Shown here: in pieces, positions 1-12,466 of the stretch
Layout: every line of letters starts with the position of its first letter
How positions within the stretch are numbered: position 1 is the first letter of the stretch
DNA from: Podarcis liolepis
Lineage: Eukaryota
Reading direction: 5' to 3' (one strand)
Assembly (NCBI GenBank): GCA_965112155.1
Contig: OZ218112.1
DNA length: 64,000 nucleotides
The notes under the pieces: model-generated
What the model saw: only the letters and a program-made list of their open reading frames with translations
Databases searched by the model: none
What the model was told of the DNA's origin: nothing
Made by a program: the position numbers and the translations under genes

Positions 1-599
1 TAACTTGTGTTTTCCTTGAAGTTCCATCATGAGTAACAGCACTTGCACACCACACTCTTGAAACTGAAGTGTTCCTCAGCTTTGGAGCGCACAGAATGAT
101 TCTTCCTCAGGGCTCTTGCCACATGCCTCCCCTGGAATGACCCTGGGAGCCAATCCTCAGTGTCTGACTCGCCTCCTCTCACTCTGGGTGTGAAGGCTTC
201 TTTGCAGCAGCTATAAAGACTCCACTTTCATGCTGATTGGACAGCTGTAGGGGCCCGGAGATGGCGCAGAAATAGGAACAGATCCACGTCTCCCCAAGAC
301 CCTGGGCCACTTCACCTCTGTTTGTGAGAAGGGTTCAAGGCCAGGTTTGCTTGTGCCTTGGAGCAGAGCCAGTGTTCAACATGTCCTTAGGTGTCGGTTG
401 ATAGTCGTGGGCCATTCAAGTAAGATTCCCTCATGGTTTGACTTGCTAAGATGGGCCTTGCTTTACACTGAAGGTCTAACTCAAGCAGCATTTACTTATT
501 TCATGAGATTTATATCTTTTTGATTGTAATAAAATACCCAACAGGTAGGGAGAGACCCTCCCTGTAAGATTTTCAGGGATGAACCCAAAGGTTGAGACT

Positions 600-746
600 T
601 GGGATGGGGAAGCTATTGGGTTTCTCCAGATGCTTTTGGACTCCAAATCCCATAGGTCCTTGCAGCCAGCATGGCCAGTGATCAGCGATGATGGCACATG
701 GGAGTTGTAGTCCAGCATCTAGGGAGCCAGAGTTGCCCCACCCATG
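600..746. mobile_element. Old palindromic hAT-type MITE
   Basis: gggatgggga...ccccacccatg ends with internal inverted ggactccaaatcccat / atgggagttgtagtcc; same design as 12159-12294. Confidence 0.55.
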
Positions 747-1396
747 GCCTTAACCTTTGGGGTAATTCCTGAAAATCTTACAGAGAGGGTTGCTGAGGTT
801 CTTCCCTGTCTTTCTTACTTATCTAAGTAATCTGTAGTATCTTGAGGGCTGGACTCTTGGTTGAAAATCTGAGTTCCAGGGAGCTGTCAGCTTCCTCATT
901 CTCTCTGGAGAAGGACCTTCTGCTTCACTTGAGTTTTCCTAGGTAAATATTTAGATAGGCAGTCAGGGGTTTTGAATGTTGGAAAGCAGAGGGTCATCTT
1001 GGCTCAAAGAGAGTGGTCAGTTCTGGGAAACTATAAAACTGTTTCCTTGCGCTTTGACTGTGAGAAAGAGAGAGAGAATTTCCCACATTTAGTAGAACAG
1101 ACTGTAACACTTTGGACTGCAAGTTAATAGCTTAAAAAACCCCACTCCTGTTTGCTAAAAACTCTGCTCAATGAGAAAACCTTGATGTTGTTGCCACTCT
1201 AGTTGCTACTATGTCCCATTCCTCACCCTAATTTGCTGACCCAGCAGAACTTAGTGTTTTATGCATTGATTCGATTGCTTAAATTTTGACACTTGTCCTT
1301 CTTACAAAAAATAATAATGCATGGGTTGTACCCAGCAAAGTCCTACTCAAAGTAGAACACACACCAAAGTAGATGCGCACCACCCCCCCGTGTTTT

Positions 1397-1547
1397 TCAT
1401 AGAATCTTAGAATTGTAGAGTTGGAAGTGACCACAAGGGGTCATCTAGTCCAACCCCCTACAGTGCAGGAATCCTATGTGCAAGGTGGGGTTCGAACCCA
1501 CAACCCTGAGATTAAGAGCCTCATGCTCTACCGACCGAGCTGTTAGG
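1397..1547 (-). mobile_element. tRNA-Lys(CTT)-derived SINE with CR1-type 3' tail (lacertid-type)
   Basis: Minus strand reads agctcggtcggtagagcatgaggctcttaatctcagggttgtgggttcgaacccc, then gggttggactagatgacc...cttccaactctacaattctaagattctatga. Confidence 0.8.
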
Positions 1548-1634
1548 TGACTAGCAGATTAAATAAATAGCAATTTCTGAGGGTCGGAAATTCCTGGTCG
1601 CTGGGGATGCCAGCAGCCCAAGAGAGAAGGGGTA

Positions 1635-1700
<66 letters not shown>
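1635..1700. repeat. (GCT/CAG)22 trinucleotide microsatellite
   Basis: Uninterrupted run read directly from the sequence. Confidence 0.95.
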
Positions 1701-1701
<1 letters not shown>

Positions 1702-2704
1702 AGCCCAGGGTTCTTCCTGGCAGGGCTGGCACTGTGGCCCATGAGCAGCTGCTCCATATGTAGCAGGCGCCAAGGCTTTTGGAGACAAAGGTAGGATTCT
1801 CTGCCATCCTGCTACAGAGAACTGTGGAAGACCAGAGGGGATGCTGCTCTGCTGAAGCCAGGATGGGGTTTTGTGTTTGCTTGTTTTTAATCCATGGGGA
1901 AGTGGGGATAGAGGCAAGGGCTTAGTCTGGTAAAGGATCCAAGGTTGAAGGGATCCAGGAAGGGATTCTGGCAGGAAGGGGTTCCCGTGTCGGCCTCCTG
2001 GATAAGCAGTCTGTAAGAGGCCTCTGGATCATTTCAGCCTGGCATCAACGCCAGAACTGGCACCAGAATTCAGGATGCCAGAAAGGGGTTGCTGGCATTT
2101 TCTGGGGGGCAGAGCCTCACTCTTCCATATTATCCAGATTCCTTTCGAGAGCAATTCTTCTTGAGACAAGCGGAAGCAGGAGGATGACTGGTTTCTTCAA
2201 TGGGGAGGCTCACAGCTCTGCAACAGAACAGGAGGGCTGGGGGTAACCCAAGAGGCTTTAGTCAGGAAAGCCTTTTAGGATTTTTATTGTGGCAGGTTGA
2301 CTTGTTTTGTTGTTGCTTTTTTCGTTGTGATCATTTTTAGCTGTTTTGCAGGCTGCCTTGTTGTGAAACTACCCCCCTCCTTAAAAGCAAAATATAAATA
2401 TGTAAAAACAAGCAATAAATGGGGACAAAAAATTCTGGAGCTGTCAGATACTACCATCTTAGGATAACCCTTGAAGATCAAAGTGTCTGACTCTTGGTTG
2501 TATGAACAGCCCCCACCCCATTGGACACAGGCACTATTATTTGGCCATCAGTAAGCTAACTGTTCCCAGAGGGCTGTGGGATTTGGGGTGTGTGGTTTTG
2601 TTTGTTTGTTTGTTTGTTTGTTTGTTTGTTTGTTTTTGGTCATAACTGCTTGTTTGTCATTGTTACCATAGCTGGTTTTCTGACCCAGGCATTAGACACT
2701 GTGT

Positions 2705-2860
2705 GCAGCTCATGTATTTAAAGCATGTGGCTTCCCCCAGATAATATTGGGAACTGTAGTTTAAACCCCCCCCCCATGGAACTACAATTTCCAGCATGCT
2801 CAACAAACTACAGCCCTCAAGGTTCTTTGGAAGAAGCCATGTGCTTAAAGGTAGGATGTG
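2705..2860. mobile_element. Hairpin non-autonomous element (gggaactgtagtt / aactacaattccc family); related copies near 3950-4085, 21919-22125, 33800-33950, 34410-34515, 38225-38345
   Basis: Inverted arms tttaaagcatgtggcttcc...gggaactgtagtt and aactacaatttcc...gaagccatgtgcttaaa recur at least six times in the window. Confidence 0.6.
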
Positions 2861-4271
2861 TGCCACAGTTAAAACAGTGTATTTGTTGTGTAGGCGGGCA
2901 GTCTTAAAACAAAGACCAAATATGCTTTCTGTGGAACTGTAGTTTCAGCCATGTCCCTTCAGGGCAATTCCTTGCCTACTGCCTTCACAAAGGCTGAGAT
3001 CCAGTGCTTCTCCAGGGTGCTCTCCAATGGCTGTGAAGAAATGGTGGCCATCTTAACTGAGGGCACCAAATGGCTGCTTTGCTCAGCAACAGAGAAGTGG
3101 TAGGCTGGGGCTTGTGTCTTGAGGTTAAGTAGGGAGTCTGCTTAAGCAAGGAAATTAAGGTGGACACTGATAATTTGTGCCTTTCTTTAGAGCTTGGTGC
3201 CTCTTCACCAGGAGCTACCCCTCCAGCTGAGATTAGGGACAGGAGTGGATTTTTTGAGGTGGTAACACCTTGGGCTACATGCAGCCACAATATAAATAAA
3301 TGGACTGTTATTCTGATGGAAAGATGTGCAAAGCTATTCATTAGTTTGGAAAAGCCTTTGGCTTTCTGAAATACCTAAGGAATGACAGCACTGAAAAAGG
3401 AACATCCTTGGGGGGGTTGTAGCTGCTCTTAAAAGGCATCCATCAGAAGGCTGGACTAAACAGCTCCTTCTTACAATGGGGGTGACAGTTTTCAGCCTCC
3501 CCACCCCCAAAGTAATGATTGCGATATACCAGACAATGGCACATTATTGGGGCTTTCACAGACTCTGTGGTTTCTCCCTTCCAAGCAGACTGCACTGCTG
3601 TCCCTAATCCACCTAGATGTCCCATTGTCAGGAAACCCTCTCCCCCTCTCTCCTGAGCACTCAAGACTGCTAAATGTAGTTGCCGGGAAAGAGCCTTTTG
3701 CCCTAGGGACTGGCTGCCTTGGCACCTATTGGACAGCACTTAAGGCATCATTGTGGGAAGATACGCCACAAGTCCATTCCCCTGCCCTTGCGCCATTTTG
3801 AACAGCCCATCTATTTACCAGCTGCTGCTGCTGCTGCTACTGCTGGAACCTGTGAATTTTCCAGCACTTGCTACCATTTTCATGGGTGGGAGGTGGGAAA
3901 TAGCATTGCCCTTACTTTGCAGGGTGACACCAGGGCTGCATGCCAACCATGTGTTTAAAGCATGTCCCTCCAGAGACTCCTAGGAACTGTAGCTTATCCT
4001 GCATAGAGCTATAGTTCCCAGCTCCCTTAGCAATCTACAGTCTCCAGGATACTTGGGGGTGGGAGTACATGTTTTAAATGTATGGGGTGTGTGCAGCCAA
4101 TATTTCCCCTCTTCCACTGTGACTGGAAGAAGGTGGCTGTGTTCCTGCAGGCAGCACTCACAGAAGAGCAAGTGGCAGACAGGCAGGAGCAATGAGTTGC
4201 AAACCTGACATGCCATTTTGCTGCACCAGACTCCTCTGGAACAGGTTGGCTTGTGGAGATGTCACCTTGTA

Positions 4272-6701
4272 CCGTATTGGCCTGAATATAAGCCTCACTT
4301 TTTTGCCAAATTTCGACCTTGAAAAGTTATAGTGTGGCTTATATTTGCGATCTTACAGTGTGCAGCCAGGAGCACGGGGCAAACAGTGCCAGGAGCGCAG
4401 CAAAGCGGTGCCTGCCCCGTATGTATTTTTTTTTAATATGATATTTATTGAAAATTTTTGAAATTACAAAGAAAAAACAAAGCAGAAAAAGAAAATAGAA
4501 AAAAGCAAGTAAAAAAACAACCCACATTCAAAAAACAAAAATACACCGCACACAAACAAAAATAAGTCCATCGTTCTCGAAGTCTCTTCACCTTCTTTCT
4601 TAGACCTCCTCCTCCTCCCTTTTTTTGTATCCTGGTTATTAATTATGCAGCAAATCCTTTCCATATCTCATAGTATTCTGTCATTACGTTACCTTAACTT
4701 ATTTTCATCTTATCTTATAGAAAAACTTAAAACTTAAATCTTATTTTTACTGACTTCTCACAACCATAATATTCTTGCCTAATTCTTTAAACATTTTTGC
4801 TAGAGCCAAATAATTTCATTCCAACATTTTTCTAACATTCATCAATTTTATAAATCAATCCTGATAATAAAAAGAGAAATAAAAACAATCCAATCTTCAT
4901 CCAGCGTCCCTTCCTCCTGGTCCCGGGTTTTGTCAGTCCTTTTTGTCCCATCGATCTAGTGCATTAACCTGGCAACCTTATATCCGAGTTCCTTAAATCT
5001 CTTCCAGGTCCCTTCCGCAGCTCTTCTTCATATTCTCCTTTCACTCGTGGGAACTCCAGCTTGATGATGTTTTTTACCCTTTCCAACAAATCAGCCCCTT
5101 TTCCATAGTCCAGACTCAACTCCATGTAGTATTTAGGAAGATGTTTCAGAATCCCTCCAAAATTGAGAGCCCCCACAGCTCCAAACATCTCACGGCCCAT
5201 TGCCAGACTCAGAAAGTCCAAACATCCTTGCATAGGGGGGTCTATCCAACCCCCCATTTCCAAACCAATCCAAACTTTATCTTTCCAAATCTGGCTTTTT
5301 CATTTGTCAAATCCAAAAGCTCTTGTTCCTGCAAGGCCGCAGCTCCCTCCATCTCTGGCGCCCAAGATTCAGCAACATCCTCTTCTCTCATCTGCTCTGT
5401 CAGGACACACTCCTGATCTAATTCCTGGGTGGGCTCCACATAGTTTCCCACTGCCTGTTCAAAAATTCTGGCCGCATTAGTCATCAAATCCATCTTCTCA
5501 CTTAACTGTTCCAGTAGGGCACTTGTTTTACAGAGGGCACACAGCAGAGCCTCTGGATACATTGTCCCACAAGGTCACAAGTCCTTTCCCACGAATCTGA
5601 GACAGCTGCAAGCTCCCTGGAGTTGGTTACAGTTTCACAGTCTCCCTCTAGGGGGAGAACTTCTATTTGTTCTTGCAACAAAATGTCCTTTTTGAGATAT
5701 TTTGTCAATATTTGTTTCTTTAAAGTGCGAAAGGAAGCAATGGAATCACTATGTTTCTCTTCCTTTATCTTTCTGTCAAAAACGTTTGTCTCTGGTCAAT
5801 GAGCTTGAAAACGTCAGTCCTGACACCCCGCTCCAGGATCAGGACGTTCAAGTTACTTTGCTTTAAACTCACTTCTGCAGGTTTAAACAGTCCAAAAAAA
5901 GATCCCCCTTCTTCTCCTGCTACCGAAGGGGGGTTCAACAGTTTTAAATGATGAAAGCCAATCCTTTAAAAGCGATTTTCTGAGCTCTAGTTTACGTTGT
6001 CTTTGCTTTATTCTGTCTACAAAGAAACCTTCCTGTTTAGACCTTCCCGTTTCAGTACCGAATTAAAATAAATTTTTAAGTCCAATTCCTTTCTTCTCGC
6101 AAGTCCTTATTTAAAGTCCGATTGTTCAAAGTTTAGGTACTCATGGGTGCTTATTTTAGAAGCCAAATTGTCCCAGGAAAAAGGCAGCACTCTCCGGCAA
6201 CGGCTGTGCGGCTTCGCTCCACGGAAATAGCAGTTGACTCACAGCACCGCGCCACTTCCCCCTCTTCACTTCGGAGCCCGTTTGTGGGTTCCTTTGCGGG
6301 TTGGGGGGGCGCTAAGGGTGTCCGCCAAGTCCCATGGTCACAGGCTTCATCCGCCTGTGATTTTTAGCAGGGTCCCCGCTTCGCCGTAGCGGAAAAGACC
6401 CGTTTCGCGCAGAGCTGGTCCCTCCAGTTCAGAGGGAGTCCGCCATTGCCGATGGCACCACCCCGGAAGTCTTCGCGGTGCCTGCCCCGTATGTAGTCCC
6501 CCATCCTCTTCCCCAAGGCCAGGAAGGGGGAGAGGGAGGAAGGGGAAAGACCTCCAACAACACAGCTCCCCACCACCCACTATGCAGCCAGAAGCAGCAA
6601 GGAAGTGACTGGCTTATATTTGGGGGTTTTTTTTCTCCCCCCCCTCCAGTTTTAAAGGCACAGCTTATATTCGGGTGTGGCTTATATTTGTGCCAATATG
6701 G
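4272..6701. mobile_element. Tc1/pogo-type MITE interrupted by an L1-derived insertion
   Basis: TA|ccgtattggc...gccaatatgg|TA termini (TA at 4270-71 and 6702-03); subterminal aatataagcc / ggcttatatt repeats. Confidence 0.8.
4426..6474 (-). mobile_element. Internally deleted, non-autonomous L1 derivative (5'UTR + decayed ORF1 region + 3' tail)
   Basis: 21-bp TSD gcggtgcctgccccgtatgta (4405-4425 and 6475-6495); minus-strand 5' end gacttccgg...aatggcgg; AATAAA plus poly(A) at 4426-4450; 4800-4850 resembles the L1 ORF2 end at 63520-63565. Confidence 0.8.
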
Positions 6702-7029
6702 TAACAATAGTTTGGGGGCTCAGTGTCGCACACTTGCTAGGAGAGGGAACCATAGCTCTGGGGGCAGCACACCCAATGGAAGCTGTTCCATTAGGACAAA
6801 TGGAGCACTGCCTCACCAACCTCCCTCTTGATTCCTTCAAGCTCACTTGCTTTCTTCCTGCCCACTTCCTCCTCCTTGGTCCCAGTGTTGCCCTTGCAGA
6901 ACTCAGCAGGGAGGAGCACGGGGATAAGGATAAAATGAGAACCATTTGGCTCTGGCTGCCTTTGTCTCCAGCTCCCCCTACAGCTGGCCTCCCTGCTTTC
7001 CCCCAGTCCCTATGGTCACCAGCCACCAC

Positions 7030-7215
7030 TGAGATCACCTGCTTTGGGTGCAGAAGGCCCCAGGTTCAACCCTCTGCACCTCCAGGCAGCCGGCACCAGG
7101 GAAGACCCTTCTTCTTTGCCTGAGGTCCTGGGGAGCAGCCTCAAGTCAGAGTAGACAGTCCTGGGCTAGCGGGATGAATAGTTCAGCCTAGTATTAGGCA
7201 GATTTCCTTTGTTCC
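7030..7215 (+). mobile_element. Squamate tRNA-derived SINE (Squam3-like); further copies near 29525-29690(+), 37105-37290(+), 51640-51735(-), 54695-54850(-), 55665-55835(+)
   Basis: ctgctttg..gcagaagg.cccaggttcaa...gtcagagtagacag...tattaggcag.ttcct pattern shared between the copies. Confidence 0.65.
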
Positions 7216-7265
7216 CAGTTCTTGCCCTGTATTACTGGGGTTTCCTGCTGGGCAGTTTCCTAGGC

Positions 7266-7942
7266 CAGTGGTTCTCAAAGGGTGCAGCAGGAGAGGATGG
7301 CAAACATGGCAGGAAGATTCTAAGACAATCAAATAAACATTTAAACATTTCAGTGTAGTATAGTATGAAAATATTTTTATTTTCAGAATATGGATAGAGT
7401 TTAGTTTCCCCCCAAAATGAGAGCATCAAGGGATACTGTGGACAATCCTGGTTGCGATCCGGTGCCACCATTCAGAGTGCTGGAGAATGGCATTGTCTAT
7501 TCTTCTGCAGTTCTCCACAACATTTTGTTGCGAACATGTGAATGATCAGAAAAGAGAAAGGCTCCTTTGTGTTGATGAGGAGACGAGAGCTTGACTGTCT
7601 CAAATTAGACCTCGTATAAATGAGATCACCCGGCAAAAGCAAGTTCACACCTCTCACTGAGTTTGTCTACATACTTAAGGTACATACGTAAGAGGCTCGT
7701 TTATAGTAATATTTTGGGAGCAGTTCATGTTCTTAGGTAACCTGCTTTGTTTTTATACTTTCTGATGCTCCGTGATCATATAATAAAGTAGTTGTGTTCT
7801 GTGTTGTATAAATCGAGCCCTGATCGGAGTTGCTCCTTTTTTGTTTTTGCAATGTATTTCTTACCAATTAAAAAATCAATGTGGCGCGAGAAAGTTTTTA
7901 TTCCGAAATCATGGCCCAGAGGAAACAGCTTGAGAACCCCTG
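7266..7942. mobile_element. hAT (Charlie/Buster-like) non-autonomous element
   Basis: cagtggttctcaa...ttgagaacccctg TIRs; 8-bp TSD tcctaggc / gcctaggc. Confidence 0.75.
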
Positions 7943-9179
7943 GCCTAGGCAGCTGGTGCTTCTGTAGCCACACTGCCAGGCGCTGGGAGTCTCTGAAGGC
8001 CATGCCTAGGCAGATGGGGAGAAGGGTGTGTTGATGTGGAAACCTCTGGATTTTGCATGTGGCTGCAATGTAGCCTCCCATGCATAGGGAAGGGTCCAAT
8101 CCATTGTTCCTCCCCTGGAAGGCTGCCTACAATGGAATGTGGCCTCTGGGGCTGGAAGAAGATGTCCCCCCACCTCCTTTGTAGGCTGTGGCCTCTGAGC
8201 ACGTGCTCAGAGGAGGAGAGGGAGGCCCATGGGAGGCATCCTGCCAGCTTGTGCACAATGGAGATAGAGCATTTGGATGGTTTGTTTGGACCATGCTGAA
8301 CCTGGGTCGGCAGGGCTGCCACCTGGCCAGCTGCAGCCCTCTGCCTGGAAGCACTCCTCACCTCTCTGGCTGACCCTGTTCCCACCAATGGCATGGTGGT
8401 GGTCAGCACTGAGCATGCTTCCATGGGTTTCGTCCTGGCCCAGTCCTGGCTCCGTTGCAACATAAGCTCCTCGGGTCTGCTTCCCCGCCCCCACCCCGGC
8501 CACTCCGCTACCCCACATTTGCTGCTTTCAATGGAGCCGCTCTAGATGTGAGCAAGCGCCACTTGCCCAGAGCTGCCTCTGCAGCCGGCAGGCCACTTTC
8601 TCATGCTCCAGTAATTCAGAAGCGGCTTGGCGGAGCCCTTTTGAGCCCTCCCCAAAGAATCATCTGCCGGATTCAAGGAAATTAATGTCTTCCTCCCATC
8701 GTCTCCTGTGTCTCAGCGCCCTCACAAGAACGTAGGAGGAGCCTGCTGAGTCAGGCCAGTGGGTCATCCAGCCCAATACCCTGTTCTCACAGGGGCCAAC
8801 CAGGGGCCTCTTTTGGGAAATCCGAGTGCAACAGCCCTCTCCCAACCTGCAGTTCCCATTAGCAGGGATTCAGAGGCATAACACCTCCAACAGTGGAGGC
8901 AGAGCATAGCTACCATAGTCATGGCCGCCTCCATTAATTTATCTAAATCCCATTTTAATGGTTGGCCGCTTTCACTGCTTCCTGTGGCGGCGAGTTCCAC
9001 AGTTTAATTATGTGACACATGAAGGGCTCTCAAATGGCTACTGGGCACAGTAGGGCACAGCACCAAAGCGCAGGAGCATTCTTCCGTTCTGCGGCATTCA
9101 GAAGAATTGTCTCCAACTGCAGTGGCAGAGCAAAGCCATCATTGCTAGGAGCCACTGATAGCCTTGTCCTGCATGAAAT

Positions 9180-9620
9180 TGTCTACTGCTTAAAGCCACC
9201 CAAGTAGGTGGACATCACTATGTCCTTTGTGAGTGAATGCCGTTGTTGGAACTATTTGCTGGGTGAAAAAAGGACTCTTTCTTTGACCTTCCAACATCCC
9301 GCTTCACTTGATGTCCCTCATATTAGGAGAGAGAGAAAAGGAAAAAAATCTTATCCCAATCCACTTTCTCTGCAACATACATAATTATAAGCCCGTCTGT
9401 CCTGTCTCCTTTCACTCTGCTTTTCTCTAAACAAAAAAGCCTCAAATGTTATTATCTTTTCTCATAGGGGAGTTGCTCCATCCTGCTGATTATTTTGGCT
9501 GCCCTTTTCTGAATCATTTCCAGCTCTACCTTACTGCTTTTCAGATGAGGCATCCAGAACTGTGAACAGTATCCCAGGTGTGCCTTGCACCACAGATTTT
9601 CACAATGGTATTATTGTTCT
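9180..9620 (-). mobile_element. CR1 LINE fragment (ORF2 C-terminal region)
   Basis: Minus strand gives a decayed CR1 pattern (YCSQFW..HLK...ELE..QKRA...MEQLPYEK...LFCLEK). Confidence 0.7.
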
Positions 9621-10844
9621 AGCAGTGGTGGTGGGGAAGCCTCACATGGTTTGGTCCGCAGTGGTCCCCACCTGCTACATAGGGCACAATTTAAGCAGTT
9701 TGGCTTGGCCCTTTCACCTCGTCCTCTTACGGCCTCACCAAAGGAGGGATATAAGGCAGCAGCTATTTCCATTCACAACCATCACTGTTTTGTTCCACTG
9801 CAGTTTGGTGCCTGCCAAATACAACGTTATTCATCTCCTTGCCTGCTATTTAATGTAATTCACCTAATTATTTATGTAAGCTGTGCATTTAATGTAATGA
9901 ATGACGTAATTAATTCCACACCATTCCTTTCTATGCAAAGGCCATTTAGTTCAATGCTAAGGACGCGCAATTTAAATGGGGAACCCCCCCCCCCCACTAT
10001 AATTTGTGGACTTTAACCCCTCCACCCCCAACAGCGAATACCAGCCAGTGTTCGCCAGAATAGTTTCTTTTCTGCTGGACAAGAAATCAAACTTTAGCAA
10101 TTTTTGTGTCTGTTGCCATTTTCATCAGGGTTCTTCCGACTTCCTGATTTCTCTGCTTCCCTTCTCTGCAACCTGCACTTCCTTATTTCCCTTTGCCTGC
10201 TTCCTTGCAGAAGGCAGCTCTCGTCTGGGGTGAGGGGAAACCTGCCTTGCGGCTCATTGCATGATGCTGAGATGCTTCGGGGTGATTGTAGGTGAGGTTT
10301 GGCATTGCCGGTCTAAGCAGACTGGTTGTCTCGCTGGCATCTCCCTGCCCAACCCATCCAAACTCTGCACCACCCCATGTCTTCCCAGATCAATGAATTT
10401 CCCCTCCCCCTTATCGCCAGGGCTGCCAAAGGCAGGTGTGTTTACTTTCTGTTGTAATTGTTCTTGAAGTTGTCACACTGACCTGGTTCCACTGCTTCCC
10501 TGGTATTGAGAGGGATGGTTGCGCCAGGTGCCTCCCAGAGAGGAGGGGTTGAGCTGGCAGATAATGAGGGCCCATGGCAGGGCCTAGAATATGGGCCATT
10601 GCCATCGTCATCAGTAATAATATTCATGTTTATTTGTCTATTTATTGATTTCTTTTATTACAGCATTTCTATCCGTCTTTCTGCCAGGGAGTTTAAGGTG
10701 GCATAAATGGTTCTCCCACCCACCCCATTTCCATTTTACCCTCACAACAACCCTGTGAAGTAGGTTAGACTGAGATGTAACAGCTGGCCCAAGGCCAACT
10801 AGCGAACTTCATAGCTGAGCAGGGATTTCTCTGCTTTCCCAAGC

Positions 10845-11310
10845 TTCAGAAAACGGCAAGCGTAATTATCAAGGGGATGGAGCAGCTCTCTTATAAACGA
10901 AGGTTGCAGTGTTTGGAACTTTTTAGTTTAGAGAATAATGACAGGAGTTGGGGACATCCAATGAAGCTGAATGTTGGAAGATTCAGGGTGGATAAAAGAA
11001 AGGATTCTTTGTGTGGTGCATAGTTATGGCCACCAGCCTAGGTGGTTTTAACAGAGAATTAGACACATTCATGGAGGTAGAGGGCTTTCAATGGCTGCTA
11101 GCCCTGATGGCCAGGCTGTGCCTTCATAGCGGGAGGCAGTAAGGCTTCTGATTACCAGCTGCTGGAAACCACAAGAGGGAAGAGCGGCTCTTGTGCTCGA
11201 ATCCTGTTTGCAGGTTTCCCACAGGCATCTGGTCACCGACTGTGAGAACAGGACGCTTGACTAAGTGGGCCATTGGCCTGACCCAGCAGGCTCTTATTAG
11301 GTTCTTAGGG
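10845..11310 (+). mobile_element. CR1 LINE 3' fragment; similar fragments near 35320-35555, 42740-43085, 58110-58470
   Basis: atcaaggggatggagcagctctcttat...tttagtttagagaa...gggacatccaatgaagctgaatgttggaagattcagg...gctcttattaggttctta. Confidence 0.65.
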
Positions 11311-11811
11311 TTCTATCCCAGCACTCACCACTATGCTACTCTGGCTATCAATATATGGTGCTTTCCCCAAGTGCACGTCATGTGCATTATCTTGGCATGC
11401 CTTACAACTGCAGTACTGCAGGTAGGCCAGTGTTCATTTTTAAGAGGTTTTAAAATCCCAGCTCCTCCCCATCTATAAAATTCCAACTCAAGAAGACGTA
11501 AGTTGGATAAAGTTCGCGCAGAGTGAAAATACCTATCCTATCAGAAGCCTTTTTTTTTCTTTTTAGTGACTCCTTTGAACAGTTTCTTCCTACAAACTAA
11601 AGAAACCAAGCACCAAGTTTCCATTTTCTGGACTGGTGAGCCACTGTCTGATGTAGACTGATGGATGCTTTCCTGCCCAAGCTCCAAAATATATAACTTA
11701 ATAAGCTTTAAGATGTGTCACTTGATCTGCTTTGCATGTCCTGGCTGGCATCTCTGTAAAGCACAAAGTCTCACAGGAACACATCTCACACTGCCAGATT
11801 CAGAGATCTTT

Positions 11812-11815
<4 letters not shown>

Positions 11816-11877
<62 letters not shown>
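11816..11877. repeat. (TA)n microsatellite; others: (TTTG)n ~2598-2635, (CA)n(GA)n 30471-30532, (TA)n ~33210-33250, (GT)n 37396-37428, (CATT)n ~56504-56535
   Basis: Read directly from the sequence. Confidence 0.95.
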
Positions 11878-11879
<2 letters not shown>

Positions 11880-12121
11880 TGGCATGGCGAAGCTTTTATC
11901 TAAAATATAAGGTGGAAGAACATGATGTTTGCATCTGAGATTTGGACTTACTAAGGACACAGGCCAAAAACCTCATTTAACGAGTGACGGGGGAGGTGAG
12001 CAAGAAGGTACTGGGCTGGTTCCAAAGTGAAGTTAAGGATGCTAATTGTACCTTCAGACACCTGAGTGAAGCCAGTCAAGTGCTTAAATTGTGTTATCCT
12101 TGTGGAACACTAAAGCTGTTT

Positions 12122-12466
12122 AAACAAAACAAAAAATCCTTCCAGTAGCACCTTAGAGCAGTGTTTCCCAAACTTGGGTCTCCAGAGGTTTTTGGACTAC
12201 AATTCCCATCATCCCTGACCACTAGTCTTGCTAGCTAGGGATGGTGGGAGTTGTAGTCCAAAAGCAGCTGAAGACCCAAGTTTGGGAAACACTGCCTTAG
12301 AGACCAACTAAGTTTGTTATTGGTATGAGCTTTCATGAAGAAGTGTGCATGCACACAAAAGCTCATACCAATAACAAACTTAGTTGGTCTCTAAGGTGCT
12401 ACTGGAAGGAATTTTTTGTTTTGTTTTGTTTCGAATACGGCAGACCAACACAGCTACCTACCTGTA
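12122..12466 (+). mobile_element. Penelope-like element terminal-repeat remnant with inverted duplication, containing a nested hAT MITE
   Basis: 13-bp TSD actaaagctgttt (12109-12121 and 12467-12479); arms ccttccagtagcaccttagagaccaactaag...ggtatgagcttt and their reverse complement. Confidence 0.8.
12159..12294. mobile_element. 136-bp palindromic hAT MITE
   Basis: TIR cagtgtttcccaaacttgggtct / agacccaagtttgggaaacactg; perfect 8-bp TSD ccttagag. Confidence 0.9.

Noticed and set aside
1475-1547. tRNA-Lys(CTT) gene
   Set aside because: The acceptor stem does not pair and the sequence runs directly into a CR1-type tail, so it is a SINE head.
1543-1917. PolyQ ORF as the C-terminus of the usual upstream neighbour MED12
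   Set aside because: CAG reads on the minus strand, whereas MED12 is co-oriented with NLGN3 in mammals. The tract is pure CAG, the flanks show no recognisable MED12 sequence, and it abuts a SINE.
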